From an uncultured Flavobacteriales bacterium (GTDB lineage: Bacteria > Bacteroidota > Bacteroidia > Flavobacteriales > BACL11), in the NCBI GenBank assembly GCA_964004625.1, contig CAXFOB010000039.1, positions 12,727-76,726 of the forward strand: a stretch of 64,000 nt of DNA. Reading direction: 5' to 3'. The position numbers were made by a program, and so were the translations under genes. The notes beneath the pieces are model-generated. The model saw only the letters and a program-made list of their open reading frames with translations. It was not told where the DNA came from and did no database searches. Shown one piece after another: positions 37,396 through 47,841 of this stretch. Within the stretch, counting starts at the first letter, position 1; each line of letters opens with the position of its first letter.

Positions 37396-37399
37396 CTAT

Positions 37400-37966
37400 A
37401 TGATTCAGGTAGAGGATAAAATAATTTCGTTAGACATATTTGAAAAACACTTTGTATGTGACTTAAACGCTTGTAAAGGAGCTTGTTGCATAGAAGGAGA
37501 TGCAGGAGCACCTCTTTCACATGAGGAAGAAAAAATCCTGGGAAAAATTTATGAAAAAGTAAAGCCCTATATGAGAGAAGAGGGAATTATTGAGATCGAA
37601 AACCAAGGAGTTGCTGTTTATGATGAGGAAGGAGATTTAACTACTCCACTTGTGAATAATAAAGAGTGTGCTTTTGTGATTTTTGAAAATGGCATTACAA
37701 AATGCACTATTGAAAAAGCATATAATGACGGTATTATAGACTTTAAAAAACCGATATCTTGTCATTTATTTCCAATACGAATAAAAGAGTATCGAGATTT
37801 TGATGCGGTAAATTATGAAGAAATTAAAATCTGTAAACCCGCTTGTGAATGTGGTAGCAAATTAGAAGTACCTGTCTATGTCTTTTTAAAAGAATCATTA
37901 ATTCGGAAGTACGGTGAAGATTGGTACAAAGAACTACTAGAGGCTGCTCAGTTGTTGAAGAAATAA
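37400..37966 (+). CDS. DUF3109-like cysteine-rich protein
   Basis: 188 aa. Motif CDLNACKGACCIEGDAGAPL plus further Cys clusters. Family name recalled, not searched. Confidence 0.6.
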   Translation: MIQVEDKIISLDIFEKHFVCDLNACKGACCIEGDAGAPLSHEEEKILGKIYEKVKPYMREEGIIEIENQGVAVYDEEGDLTTPLVNNKECAFVIFENGITKCTIEKAYNDGIIDFKKPISCHLFPIRIKEYRDFDAVNYEEIKICKPACECGSKLEVPVYVFLKESLIRKYGEDWYKELLEAAQLLKK

Positions 37967-37968
37967 CA

Positions 37969-38244
37969 CTATTTTTTCAAATATTTTCGGTCTATATAAA
38001 AAGTACCAAAAGGTAAAATGGAACAGATTAAAACAATAAATAATTCAGTTCTATTCCAGCGTTCCTCTTTCTTTATTAGGAAAGCCATTAATATATAACC
38101 TACAAATAAAATTCCGTGAGGCATTCCCAATAACTTAACCCATTGATCATCACCCCCCAAATATTTAATAGGAACACATATAAAAAGAAGGATTATGTAA
38201 GATATTCCCTCTAAAAATGCTATTATTCTAAAAATAATTTTCAT
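37969..38244 (-). CDS. DUF3817-like small integral membrane protein
   Basis: 91 aa with 3 predicted TM helices. Pattern FRIIAFLEGISYIILL...PIKY...GMPHGILFVGY. Confidence 0.6.
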   Translation of the reverse strand: MKIIFRIIAFLEGISYIILLFICVPIKYLGGDDQWVKLLGMPHGILFVGYILMAFLIKKEERWNRTELFIVLICSILPFGTFYIDRKYLKK

Positions 38245-39422
38245 TATTTGAAAGCATTTTCTCCCGTTATATCTAATCCGGTAATCAATAAGTGTATATC
38301 GTGAGTTCCTTCATAAGTAATTACAGACTCTAAGTTCATCATATGTCTCATAATTGAATATTCTCCAGTAATCCCCATAGCTCCTAAAATTTGCCTTGCC
38401 TCCCTGGCAATTTTAAGTGCCATATCTACATTATTTCTTTTACACATTGAGATTTGTGCAGAAGTTGCTCTGCCCTCATTTCTCAACACACCTAATCTCC
38501 ATGTTAAGAATTGAGCTTTTGTAATTTCAGTAATCATTTCAGCTAATTTCTTCTGTTGTAATTGGTAAGATGCTATAGGTTTCCCAAACTGAATTCTTTC
38601 TTTGGCGTACCTAAGAGCAGTATCGTAACAATCCATTGCAGTACCAATTGTGCCCCAAGCAATACCATATCTTGCTGAATCTAAACAACCTAGTGGGGCT
38701 CCTAAACCGTCCTTTTCTGGTAAAATATTATCCTTGGGGATTTTTACATTATCAAAAACCAACTCTCCAGTAGCTGAAGCTCTCAAACTCCATTTGCCAT
38801 GTGTTTCAGGGGTAGTGAATCCTTCCATTCCTCTTTCCACTAAGACCCCTTTTATTCTTCCTTCTTCATTTTTTGCCCAAACAACAGCAACATCAGCAAA
38901 CGGAGCATTTGAAATCCACATCTTAGCACCATTTAAAAGATAATAATCTCCCATATCTTTTATATTGGTTACCATTCCACCAGGATTTGAACCATGATCA
39001 GGCTCAGTCAATCCAAAACAACCTATAAATTCTCCAGTGGCTAGCTTTGGTAAAAACCTCATTTTTTGATCTTCACTTCCATATTTCCAAATAGGGTACA
39101 TTACCAAAGAAGATTGAACAGATGAGGTAGAACGAATTCCACTATCTCCTCTCTCTAATTCTTGCATTATCAATCCATAAGAAATTTGATCTAATCCAGC
39201 CCCCCCATATTCTACAGGAATATAAGGTCCGAAACCTCCAATTTCTCCTAGTCCCCTTATTATTTGTTTTGGAAACTCTGATTTTTGACAAGCCTCCTCA
39301 ATAATTGGAGAAACTTCTCTTTTTACCCATTCTCTTGCAGCATCTCGGATTAATTTATGTTCTTCAGTCAGTAATTCATCTAACAAAAAATAATCTGGAG
39401 CTTGATACAAATCTTGTGACAT
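38244..39422 (-). CDS. acyl-CoA dehydrogenase (glutaryl-CoA dehydrogenase-like)
   Basis: 392 aa. ACAD blocks GCFGLTEPDHGSNP, KMWISNAP and a C-terminal YEGTHDIH. Confidence 0.9.
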   Translation of the reverse strand: MSQDLYQAPDYFLLDELLTEEHKLIRDAAREWVKREVSPIIEEACQKSEFPKQIIRGLGEIGGFGPYIPVEYGGAGLDQISYGLIMQELERGDSGIRSTSSVQSSLVMYPIWKYGSEDQKMRFLPKLATGEFIGCFGLTEPDHGSNPGGMVTNIKDMGDYYLLNGAKMWISNAPFADVAVVWAKNEEGRIKGVLVERGMEGFTTPETHGKWSLRASATGELVFDNVKIPKDNILPEKDGLGAPLGCLDSARYGIAWGTIGTAMDCYDTALRYAKERIQFGKPIASYQLQQKKLAEMITEITKAQFLTWRLGVLRNEGRATSAQISMCKRNNVDMALKIAREARQILGAMGITGEYSIMRHMMNLESVITYEGTHDIHLLITGLDITGENAFK

Positions 39423-39449
39423 AATTTTTTTTTTAAATTTTTACCACTG

Positions 39450-39457
39450 CAAAAGTA
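39450..39457 (-). promoter_or_regulatory. -7 box TActTTTG (minus strand), 27 nt upstream of the acyl-CoA dehydrogenase ATG
   Basis: The plus strand reads CAAAAGTA. Confidence 0.4.
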
Positions 39458-39476
39458 TTGAATAATCTCTTATCAG

Positions 39477-39484
39477 TATCTTTG
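39477..39484 (+). promoter_or_regulatory. -7 box TAtcTTTG, 17 nt upstream of the DUF4271 gene
   Basis: Exact TAnnTTTG in the divergent 79-nt spacer. Confidence 0.4.
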
Positions 39485-39501
39485 TTCCTCAATTTTTTAT
39501 A

Positions 39502-40152
39502 ATGAATGCTATTCAATTATCTTTTCAGGGGAATAACCTAAGTTTTATAATCCTTACTATTTCCCTTTGTATTATTGGTGTTTTATACGCTTTTTATAGC
39601 AAGTATTCTAAAGAACTTGTATTAAGCGCCTTTTCACAAAGATATGCAAATCAATATTTAAGAGATGACAATGTATTTAAAAGAACAGTGAATATTTTAT
39701 TTAATCTTTTAATTATCATTAATTTATCTTTCGTTATTTGGAGTGTTTCACCAAGCGAAAATTATGATATTATACAATTCCTAAAGATTATTATCTACAC
39801 AATATTATATTATCTTTTAAAGTTTGTTTCTCTTTGGTTTTTGGGACATCTTTTAAAAATGAATCAGATAGCTAATATAGCATTATTTTTTACCACACTT
39901 TTTGATAAAGTTTTTGCGTTGTTTGCTTTTCCAATACTAGTCTTGTTTCATTTTTATGTTTCAGATATAACCGACCAAACAACATTAATAATCTGTTCAT
40001 TTTTAATATTTTTTTTTGTTTTAAAGATATTCTGGATCCTTAAAATTGGAATAAAGTCTTTTGGACTTTCTAGGTTTTATTTATTTCTGTATATTTGCAT
40101 CCTTGAATTTTTTCCTCTAGTTCTACTTTACAGAGGTATTGTTTTTTCTTAA
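39502..40152 (+). CDS. DUF4271-like polytopic membrane protein
   Basis: 216 aa, about 6 TM helices. Conserved position upstream of uroporphyrinogen-III synthase in Bacteroidota (from memory). Confidence 0.55.
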   Translation: MNAIQLSFQGNNLSFIILTISLCIIGVLYAFYSKYSKELVLSAFSQRYANQYLRDDNVFKRTVNILFNLLIIINLSFVIWSVSPSENYDIIQFLKIIIYTILYYLLKFVSLWFLGHLLKMNQIANIALFFTTLFDKVFALFAFPILVLFHFYVSDITDQTTLIICSFLIFFFVLKIFWILKIGIKSFGLSRFYLFLYICILEFFPLVLLYRGIVFS

Positions 40153-40162
40153 GAAAAAGAAA

Positions 40163-40939
40163 ATGACGACAGACAGACAGAAAAAGGTAAAATCGATTCT
40201 TATTTCTCAGCCAGAACCGGAAAATAAGACACCCTATCATGCATTAGCGGAAAAGCATAAATTAAAACTTCATTATAGATCGTTTGTACAAGTTGACGAA
40301 CTTTCTACAATGGAATTTAGAGAACAAAGAATCTCTATTTTAAACCACGATGCAGTTATTTTCACTTCTAAGAACTCGATGGATCATTATTTTAGGATGA
40401 TGGAAAAATTGAGATTAAGAATTCCAGATCAAACAAAGTATTTTTGTGTTTCTGAGGCAATTGCCCACTATCTGCAAAACTTTATAGTTTACAGAAAAAG
40501 AAAAGTTTTTACCGGAGAAAGAACTTTTGCAAGCTTATTACCTTTAATGCAAAAACATAAAGACAGTAAGTTTTTACTTCCATGTTCTAATTTGTTAAAA
40601 GATCAGACAAATAATACAATGGAAGACAGTGGGTTAAGTTATACGAAAGCTGTAATGTACAAAGTAGTTGCTGCTAATTTATCAGATTTATCCGATGTAA
40701 AATATGATGTGTTAGTATTTTTCTCACCTACAGGTATTACATCGTTATATGAAAATTTCCCTGACTTTGTGCAAGAAGCAACGAGAATTGCAGCGTTCGG
40801 ACCGACTACAATTAATGCAGTAAAAAGCAACAATTTAATTGTAGATATTGAAGTTCCAAATAAAAAGTTTCCATCCATGTCCATGGCATTAGATGATTAT
40901 ATAACTAAATCAAACAAAAGAAAAAGAGCTAAGAAATAA
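40163..40939 (+). CDS. hemD: uroporphyrinogen-III synthase (HemD family)
   Basis: Starts SILISQPEPENKTPY, has two half-domains, and includes VLVFFSPTGI. I prefer ATG 40163 over the track's TTG 40139, which overlaps the upstream gene. Confidence 0.75.
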   Translation: MTTDRQKKVKSILISQPEPENKTPYHALAEKHKLKLHYRSFVQVDELSTMEFREQRISILNHDAVIFTSKNSMDHYFRMMEKLRLRIPDQTKYFCVSEAIAHYLQNFIVYRKRKVFTGERTFASLLPLMQKHKDSKFLLPCSNLLKDQTNNTMEDSGLSYTKAVMYKVVAANLSDLSDVKYDVLVFFSPTGITSLYENFPDFVQEATRIAAFGPTTINAVKSNNLIVDIEVPNKKFPSMSMALDDYITKSNKRKRAKK

Positions 40940-40950
40940 CATCAAACAAA

Positions 40951-40977
40951 AAGGAGATTTTAATATCTCCTTTTTTT
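40951..40977 (+). terminator. Rho-independent terminator after hemD
   Basis: Stem AAGGAGAT (40951-40958), loop TTTAAT, stem ATCTCCTT (40965-40972), running into a T7 tract. Confidence 0.7.
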
Positions 40978-41001
40978 ATTTTTAGTACTTTTATTTTTGG
41001 T

Positions 41002-41361
41002 ATGAATAAGTTTCCAAAGAAAGAAAGATTAAGCTCTAAAATAGATATTGAGGAGCTTTTTAAGAGTAAGAACACTTTTACTCAAGATAAAATAAAAGTA
41101 TATTGGAACGAAAATTCTTCTAATACAGAACAGGTGTCTGTTTTGTTTTCTGTTCCTAAAAAGATTGTTTCATTAGCAACAAAAAGAAATAAAATTAAAA
41201 GGTTATTAAAAGAGTCTTATCGAATAAATAAGAATATTTTACAAAAAACAGGAAAAGAGATACGTATTGCTTTTGTATACTTGTGTACAGAAACACCTAA
41301 TTTTAATTCTATAGAAGAAAAAATAAAATTAATTTTACAACGTTTAAATAATCAAATATGA
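41002..41361 (+). CDS. rnpA: ribonuclease P protein component
   Basis: 119 aa, basic. FPKKERL start and the [14 protein letters not shown] (RNR-like) motif. Followed by yidD as usual. Confidence 0.85.
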   Translation: MNKFPKKERLSSKIDIEELFKSKNTFTQDKIKVYWNENSSNTEQVSVLFSVPKKIVSLATKRNKIKRLLKESYRINKNILQKTGKEIRIAFVYLCTETPNFNSIEEKIKLILQRLNNQI

Positions 41362-41579
41362 AAAAGATATTTTCCTTTTTGTTTCTTTTAATAATTCGTG
41401 CTTATCAAAAAGTAATATCTCCAGTATTTCCACCAAGCTGTAGATATAATCCTACATGTTCCGAGTATTGTAAACAAGCAATTATAAAATATGGACCATT
41501 TAAAGGTGGTTTGTTATCAATAAAAAGAATTTCCAAATGTCACCCCTGGGGAGGAAGTGGTGAAGATTTGGTTCCATAA
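41358..41579 (+). CDS. yidD: membrane protein insertion efficiency factor YidD
   Basis: 73 aa. YQKVISP...[10 protein letters not shown]...KGG.L...RI.KCHPW. Confidence 0.9.
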   Translation: MKKIFSFLFLLIIRAYQKVISPVFPPSCRYNPTCSEYCKQAIIKYGPFKGGLLSIKRISKCHPWGGSGEDLVP

Positions 41580-41588
41580 ACCTAAATT

Positions 41589-43250
41589 ATGAAAAACAAA
41601 ACAATACAGATCTCTTTAAAAGCTAGCTTAATATTTATTTTAGTATTTCTTTTTTTACAAGGAAAATCACAAACAGATAATTATTTTGAAACATCAAAAA
41701 ATTTAGAAATATTCACAGATTTATATAAGGAATTAGACATCTTTTATGTGGATGAAATAAACTCGGGTGATTTAATGAAAACAGCGATTGATGAAATGTT
41801 GAACTCACTAGATCCTTACACGACCTATATTCCCGAGTCAGATATTGAAGATTATAGATTTATGACAACTGGTCAATATGGAGGAATTGGAGCTATGATT
41901 ACAAAACGAAAAGAATTTGTATATATAAGTGAGCCATATGAAGGTTTCCCTGCACAAAAAGCAGGATTAATGGCTGGAGATAAAATTCTAGAAATTAATG
42001 GAAAATCGGCAGAAGGAAAAACGACTGAAGAAATTAGTTCAGTTTTAAAAGGACAACCAAATACAGAGGTTTCTATCCTGATAGAAAGGAATGGGGAGAC
42101 TTTCATTAAAACATTTAATAGAGAAAAGGTTACTGTAAAAAGTGTCCCGTATTATGGATTATTAGAAGGTGGTATTGGATATATAAAATTAAGATCTTTT
42201 ACAAGAAATTGTGCAAATGATATAAAAAATGCATTAATGGATTTAAAATCTCAACAACACTTAAAGGGTATTGTTTTAGATTTAAGGTCTAATCCCGGGG
42301 GATTATTAAACGAATCCATTGATATTGTCAATTTATTCGTGGATAAAGGAGAAGAAATAGTTATAACTAAGGGAAAAATAAAAGATTGGGAGAAGAAGTA
42401 TGTTTCTAAAAAGGATCCCATTGATAAAGAAACCCCATTAGTTATTTTAATAAATTCAGGTTCTGCGTCTGCCTCCGAAATTGTTTCTGGTTCAATACAG
42501 GATTTGGATAGAGGTGTTGTTATTGGAAGAAAATCTTTTGGAAAAGGATTAGTTCAACAAACTAGAAAGCTGCCATATAACTCTCAACTTAAAGTTACAG
42601 TTGCAAAGTATTATATTCCTAGTGGAAGATGCATTCAGGCAGTAGATTATTCTAATAGAAATGAAGATGGAAGTGTGGGTCAAGTTCCAGACTCTTTAAT
42701 TTCAACTTTTAAAACCAGAAATGGAAGGGAGGTAAAAGATGGTGGAGGTATAAATCCGGATATTGTAATAAAAAATGACGAGATTTCAGACATTTCCATT
42801 TCTTTAATGAATAAAAGATTAATATTTGATTTTGCAACTCAATTTAGATATGAAAATGAAAAAATATTAGAGGTTGATAATTTTGAGATAACAGATGAAA
42901 TTTACAAGAAATTCATTTCATTTTTATCTAACAAGGACTATGAATATACCACCGCAACACAAGATGCATTAGATATCTTTAAAGAAATAATAAAAGAAGA
43001 AGGCACATCAGACCTCTTGTCGGAAGAGATTAATTTACTTTTAGATAAAGTTGAAAATATTAAGAAGAATGATTTAGAGAATAATAAGGAGGAAATTAAA
43101 ACATTTTTGTCCGAAGAAATAGTAAGTAGATATTATTATCAGGAGGGGAGAATTATTGAAAGATTAAAACACGATAAAGATATTGATGAAGCTTTAAAGA
43201 TTTTTAATAAAATAGAAGAGTATAATTCTATCTTAAAAATAGATGAGTAA
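41589..43250 (+). CDS. S41 family C-terminal processing peptidase with PDZ domain
   Basis: 553 aa. PDZ region (GFPAQKAGLMAGDKILEING) and catalytic block LINSGSASASEIVSG...GKGLVQ. Confidence 0.9.
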   Translation: MKNKTIQISLKASLIFILVFLFLQGKSQTDNYFETSKNLEIFTDLYKELDIFYVDEINSGDLMKTAIDEMLNSLDPYTTYIPESDIEDYRFMTTGQYGGIGAMITKRKEFVYISEPYEGFPAQKAGLMAGDKILEINGKSAEGKTTEEISSVLKGQPNTEVSILIERNGETFIKTFNREKVTVKSVPYYGLLEGGIGYIKLRSFTRNCANDIKNALMDLKSQQHLKGIVLDLRSNPGGLLNESIDIVNLFVDKGEEIVITKGKIKDWEKKYVSKKDPIDKETPLVILINSGSASASEIVSGSIQDLDRGVVIGRKSFGKGLVQQTRKLPYNSQLKVTVAKYYIPSGRCIQAVDYSNRNEDGSVGQVPDSLISTFKTRNGREVKDGGGINPDIVIKNDEISDISISLMNKRLIFDFATQFRYENEKILEVDNFEITDEIYKKFISFLSNKDYEYTTATQDALDIFKEIIKEEGTSDLLSEEINLLLDKVENIKKNDLENNKEEIKTFLSEEIVSRYYYQEGRIIERLKHDKDIDEALKIFNKIEEYNSILKIDE

Positions 43251-44406
43251 GACAATTATTCCTAATATCCGAAATTTTCTTTTTGTTTTATTGGGGATTT
43301 CCTTACCTTTTTCGGTTGCTACATCTAATATTTTAGTTGTTTCTCTATTTCTTTCGGTTCTTCTGGAGGGAGGCTTTCTAAAAAAAATTAAAAGGATTAA
43401 ATCTAGCAAATGGATGGTTTCATTGTTTTTGTTACTCATCTTATATTACTTTTCATTTTTCATTTATGGGCAATTTTCCGACACAATTTGGCTATTAAAA
43501 AGAGTGTCTATTTTATGGACTTTACCAATTCTTTATAGTGTGTTTTTCTCCACAAAAACAATTTATAAATCTTTATTTGCATTTTTATTCTCTATGTTTA
43601 TATCCTCTGTAATCGCAATTTTTGAAAACTATGAAGTAATCAATATAAATGGATCAAACTGGACATGGGCTGCATTTCTACAGTATACAGACCATAATGT
43701 GTTTTTAGCTTCTTCTATTGTTATTTCTATATACCTAGTTTACAAAGTAGAATTTCACAAAAAATATAAAAACATTATTCTCTTTTTTCTTCCCTTCTAT
43801 TTGTTTTCCATTTTTACAGAGGCAGGAAAATCAGGACAGATTGTTTTAATTCTTTTATTAGTTTTATTCTTCATGTTCTTATTTAAAAATAACATTAAAA
43901 AATTAACAATATATGTAATTACTTTAATTATAGGAGTATTTGTTATTTACAACACCTCTGAAATTGTTGAAAAGAGATTTACTTATGAGCTAAAAAGGTT
44001 TATGGAAAATAAAACTAGTTCAAGATCTTTATTGTTCACACATTCCATTGATTTAATAAAAGAAAAGCCAGTTTTAGGATATGGAGCAGGAAGTTTTACA
44101 GATAAATTTAGAGACATAAATGAAGAAACTAAAAAAGTGATAAGATACCAACATAAAACTCCTCATAATAACTATTTATATGTTTGGATAGAGTTAGGAT
44201 TATTGGGACTGTTGATGTTTTTATTAATTTTTTATTTTCAAATAAAAGAATTATACCGTCAGAATGATGGGGATTTTATGATATTATTACCCATACTGTA
44301 CCTGTGTATAATGATGACAGATACCTATTTATTTAACCAGAATACTTTAATATTATATGTGTTCTTATCTATAATAGTGGTTAACTATCAATATAAACTC
44401 TCTTAA
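43243..44406 (+). CDS. O-antigen ligase family membrane protein
   Basis: 387 aa, polytopic. Wzy_C-type loop GAGSF...HKTPHNNYLYVWIELGLLG. Confidence 0.75.
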   Translation: MSKTIIPNIRNFLFVLLGISLPFSVATSNILVVSLFLSVLLEGGFLKKIKRIKSSKWMVSLFLLLILYYFSFFIYGQFSDTIWLLKRVSILWTLPILYSVFFSTKTIYKSLFAFLFSMFISSVIAIFENYEVININGSNWTWAAFLQYTDHNVFLASSIVISIYLVYKVEFHKKYKNIILFFLPFYLFSIFTEAGKSGQIVLILLLVLFFMFLFKNNIKKLTIYVITLIIGVFVIYNTSEIVEKRFTYELKRFMENKTSSRSLLFTHSIDLIKEKPVLGYGAGSFTDKFRDINEETKKVIRYQHKTPHNNYLYVWIELGLLGLLMFLLIFYFQIKELYRQNDGDFMILLPILYLCIMMTDTYLFNQNTLILYVFLSIIVVNYQYKLS

Positions 44407-45454
44407 TCCTTCTGTTTAAAGTAGAGTAAAATTCATAAGGAATTGTATGAATTTTTTCAGAGAGTTTTAAAATCGAGTTTTCTTCCCCAAAAATTTCCAC
44501 CTCTTCCCCCTCTTTACAATTTATGTATGAACTATCTATCATAAAACTATCCATACAAATATTTCCAATAATAGGACATTTTTCCCCTTTGACCACTACT
44601 TCTCCAATGCCATTTCCAAGTTTTCTATTTAATCCATCTGCATAACCTACCGGAACAATAGAAACATTCGTTTTTTTATCGGATATAAAACTAGAGTTAT
44701 ATCCAACCCCCTGCCCCTCTTCTATCGTTCTATTTTGGCTAATTACAGAAATGAGCCTACTTACTTGTTGTAGGTTTTTATCTTCTAAAGATCCAAATAA
44801 AGAGATTCCTAGTCGAACCATATCAAACTGTTTAGTAGGAAAGTTGATAAATCCATTAGAATTTAAAAGGTGTTTAGGTATATCAAATTCTAGTTTTCTC
44901 TCCGTTTTTTCAGATATTTTTTCAAATAGCCGTATTTGTTCTAGAGTCTCATTTTTTTGATTTGCAGAGGCAAGATGTGAACATATAGATTTCACTCTTA
45001 AGAATGAATTTTCCTTTAGTTTTTCACAAACACTTTCCAAGTCCTTTTCATCAAACCCATATCTATTCATTCCGGTATTAAATTTCAGATGAATATTCAC
45101 CTCTTGTTTTTTAGATAAATAAAAATCTAATAACCTAATATTATGAATAACAACTTCTAGATCGTACTTTATAATTTCATTAAAACTTTTCCATCCTGGG
45201 TTTGCAATAATTATTTTAGATTTAACTCCAGATTCACGTAATCTAATTCCTTCTTCAAAATCAGCTACCCAAAATGCATAAACTCCTAAACTTTCTAGTT
45301 TTTTAGAAACTTCAATGTCTCCATGCCCATAAGCATACGCTTTTACAACAGCAATGATTTCACACCCATTTTTTAATTTAGATGATAAATAATTATAGTT
45401 GTGTTCTAATTTTTTTAAATCAACCTCCAGAATGGTTTCGTTTGCATTATGCAT
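44381..45454 (-). CDS. alr: alanine racemase
   Basis: 357 aa. PLP-lysine motif [10 protein letters not shown] and C-terminal [16 protein letters not shown]. Confidence 0.9.
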   Translation of the reverse strand: MHNANETILEVDLKKLEHNYNYLSSKLKNGCEIIAVVKAYAYGHGDIEVSKKLESLGVYAFWVADFEEGIRLRESGVKSKIIIANPGWKSFNEIIKYDLEVVIHNIRLLDFYLSKKQEVNIHLKFNTGMNRYGFDEKDLESVCEKLKENSFLRVKSICSHLASANQKNETLEQIRLFEKISEKTERKLEFDIPKHLLNSNGFINFPTKQFDMVRLGISLFGSLEDKNLQQVSRLISVISQNRTIEEGQGVGYNSSFISDKKTNVSIVPVGYADGLNRKLGNGIGEVVVKGEKCPIIGNICMDSFMIDSSYINCKEGEEVEIFGEENSILKLSEKIHTIPYEFYSTLNRRIKRVYIDS

Positions 45455-46028
45455 CTTTCCTGTTTTTATTAAAACACATCCTGCATAATGGTTTATAGTT
45501 GTTTTTTTCTCCTAAAGCAACTAAATTTTCTTCTTCTGAAATTCTGTAGGAGTGATTTGCAATATCTCCACAATCTAAGCAAATAGCATGAACTTTAGTT
45601 ACGTGTTCTGCAATAGCAAGTAAATTTGGTATTGGGCCAAAAGGATTTCCTAAGAAGTCCATATCAAGACCAGCAACAATAACTCTAATACCTGAAGAAG
45701 CTAATTCATTACAGATGTTACTTAAATCATCCGTAAAAAATTGAGCTTCATCTATTGCTACCACATCCGGATTGTCTATCAAATTTAGAATTTCAGAAGA
45801 TGTATTGACAATCATAGATGAAATGTAATTTTCATCATGTGAAACTACTTTCTGATTATCATATCTTGTATCGATAGTAGGTTTGTATATTTCAACTTTT
45901 AATTTAGCAAAATTTGCTCTTTTTAATCTTCTAAGTAATTCCTCTGTTTTTCCAGAAAACATAGACCCACATATTACCTCAATGCTACCATTTCTCATTG
46001 GGTGATTTAGATGTGATTCTAAAAACAT
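45447..46028 (-). CDS. tdk: thymidine kinase
   Basis: 193 aa. P-loop [11 protein letters not shown] and zinc-ribbon cysteines C.DCG...C..C. Confidence 0.93.
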   Translation of the reverse strand: MFLESHLNHPMRNGSIEVICGSMFSGKTEELLRRLKRANFAKLKVEIYKPTIDTRYDNQKVVSHDENYISSMIVNTSSEILNLIDNPDVVAIDEAQFFTDDLSNICNELASSGIRVIVAGLDMDFLGNPFGPIPNLLAIAEHVTKVHAICLDCGDIANHSYRISEEENLVALGEKNNYKPLCRMCFNKNRKDA

Positions 46029-46059
46029 ATTTAAAAAGTATTAAAATTAAGTTAGTACA

Positions 46060-46067
46060 CAAAAATA
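46060..46067 (-). promoter_or_regulatory. -7 box TAttTTTG (minus strand), 31 nt upstream of tdk
   Basis: The plus strand reads CAAAAATA. Confidence 0.4.
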
Positions 46068-46103
46068 TAAAAATTTTACTTCTCACTTTCTCAAATTTTC
46101 ATG

Positions 46104-46111
46104 TAGTTTTG
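46104..46111 (+). promoter_or_regulatory. -7 box TAgtTTTG, 4 nt upstream of the rsmI ATG
   Basis: The plus strand reads TAGTTTTG-TGAA-ATG. Confidence 0.45.
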
Positions 46112-46115
46112 TGAA

Positions 46116-46787
46116 ATGTCAAAATTATACATTATACCTACTCCTATAGGGAATTTAGAGGACATCACCTTTAGATCTATCAGATTATTAAAGGAAGTAG
46201 ATCTTGTACTAGCAGAAGACACCAGAACAAGTAAAAAATTATTCTCTCATTATCAAATTGAAACTCCCTTATTCTCTTTTCATATGCATAATGAACATAA
46301 AGTATTGTCAAAATGGATAAACAGATTACAAATGGGAGATAGTGTTGCGTTGATTTCTGATGCTGGCACTCCAGCAATTTCAGATCCAGGATTCTTATTA
46401 GTTAGAGAATGTGTAAAAGAACACATAGAGATGGAGTGTTTACCTGGAGCTACAGCATTTGTTCCTGCAGTAGTTAACTCTGCTTTACCATGTGATAAAT
46501 TTATTTTTGAAGGATTTCTTCCAGTAAAAAAGGGAAGACAAACAAGATTAAAATATTTATCAGAAGAAGAAAGAACAATGGTTTTTTATGAATCTCCACA
46601 TAGATTAGTAAAAACACTCTCTCAGTTTTGCGAATATTTTGGGGTAGAAAGAGGATGTTCTGTTTCAAGAGAACTATCAAAAATATATGAGGAAACGAAA
46701 AGGGGAACTCTACAAGAATTAGTCGAACATTTTAATGAGAAAAAACCTAAAGGAGAATTTGTAATAGTTGTCGAAGGAAGAAAATGA
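46116..46787 (+). CDS. rsmI: 16S rRNA (cytidine1402-2'-O)-methyltransferase
   Basis: 223 aa. LYIIPTPIGNLEDIT.R....L..VDLVLAEDTR and DAGTPAISDPG. Confidence 0.92.
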   Translation: MSKLYIIPTPIGNLEDITFRSIRLLKEVDLVLAEDTRTSKKLFSHYQIETPLFSFHMHNEHKVLSKWINRLQMGDSVALISDAGTPAISDPGFLLVRECVKEHIEMECLPGATAFVPAVVNSALPCDKFIFEGFLPVKKGRQTRLKYLSEEERTMVFYESPHRLVKTLSQFCEYFGVERGCSVSRELSKIYEETKRGTLQELVEHFNEKKPKGEFVIVVEGRK

Positions 46788-47839
46788 AATTAGAGAACTT
46801 TATACATAACAAGCCCTTTGTAATAGCCGGCCCTTGTAGTGCAGAATCTGAAAATCAGGTTCTGAAAACAGCAGAAAATATACAACAGAATATAGATGTT
46901 TTTAGAGCAGGGGTTTGGAAGCCAAGAACAAAACCAAACTCATTTGAAGGGGTTGGAGAAAAAGCATTAATCTGGTTGCAAAAAGTAAAGGAAGAGACTG
47001 GCTTAAAAGTTATTACCGAAGTAGCGACTGCTAAGCATGTAGAACACTGTTTGGAGGCTGGAATAGATATGTTGTGGATAGGAGCCAGGACAACAGTAAA
47101 TCCGTTTTATGTGCAAGAAATAGCAGAGGCATTAAGAGGAACAGATACTCCTGTTTTTGTAAAAAACCCTATTCATCCAGAATTATCTTTATGGGCAGGA
47201 GCCTTGGAGAGATTAAATCAGAAAGGAATAACTAATTTATCGGCTATTCACAGAGGGTTTTTTACATATGAGTCATCCGCTTTCAGAAATGAACCAAAAT
47301 GGGAAGTTCCAATTGAATTGAAAAGAAATTTTCCAGATCTACCTATAATTTGTGACCCCAGCCACATTGCAGGTGATAGAAGTTTGATCCCAGAATTATC
47401 ACAAATTGCAATGGACTTAGATATGAGGGGGCTAATGATAGAAACTCATCATAATCCAACGGAAGCGTGGAGTGACGCAAATCAACAATTATCTCCTAAG
47501 GAATTATATTCTTTATTAAAAGGGTTAGTTTTAAGAAAACGAGATTTTGAGAATGATGAGTTGAGTATACAATTAAATAAGATGAGGAACCTAATTGATA
47601 AGTTAGACAAAAAAACAGTTGACCTCTTAAGCTCGAGAACGGATTTAGTAAAAGAAATAGCAGAATTTAAACTCAAAAACAATCTTACTATTTTTCAATT
47701 AAAAAGATGGTTTCAGATACTAGAAATGAGAAAAGATCAGGCAGTAAATTTGGGTTTGGACCAGAAAATGATAAGTGATATTTTTGAGTTAATTCATAAA
47801 TATTCTATAATAACTCAAACTAAAATAATGAAGAAGTAA
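46784..47839 (+). CDS. bifunctional 3-deoxy-7-phosphoheptulonate synthase / chorismate mutase
   Basis: 351 aa. DAHP synthase (KDO8P-like) core GPCSAES...FRAGVWKPRT...CDPSH plus a C-terminal chorismate mutase type II helix bundle. Confidence 0.88.
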   Translation: MKLENFIHNKPFVIAGPCSAESENQVLKTAENIQQNIDVFRAGVWKPRTKPNSFEGVGEKALIWLQKVKEETGLKVITEVATAKHVEHCLEAGIDMLWIGARTTVNPFYVQEIAEALRGTDTPVFVKNPIHPELSLWAGALERLNQKGITNLSAIHRGFFTYESSAFRNEPKWEVPIELKRNFPDLPIICDPSHIAGDRSLIPELSQIAMDLDMRGLMIETHHNPTEAWSDANQQLSPKELYSLLKGLVLRKRDFENDELSIQLNKMRNLIDKLDKKTVDLLSSRTDLVKEIAEFKLKNNLTIFQLKRWFQILEMRKDQAVNLGLDQKMISDIFELIHKYSIITQTKIMKK

Positions 47840-47841
47840 AG

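Noticed and set aside
40992-40999. TATTTTTG match 2 nt upstream of the rnpA ATG
   Set aside because: It is probably too close for transcription to include the start codon. It was kept out of the feature list and is mentioned only under the leaderless finding.
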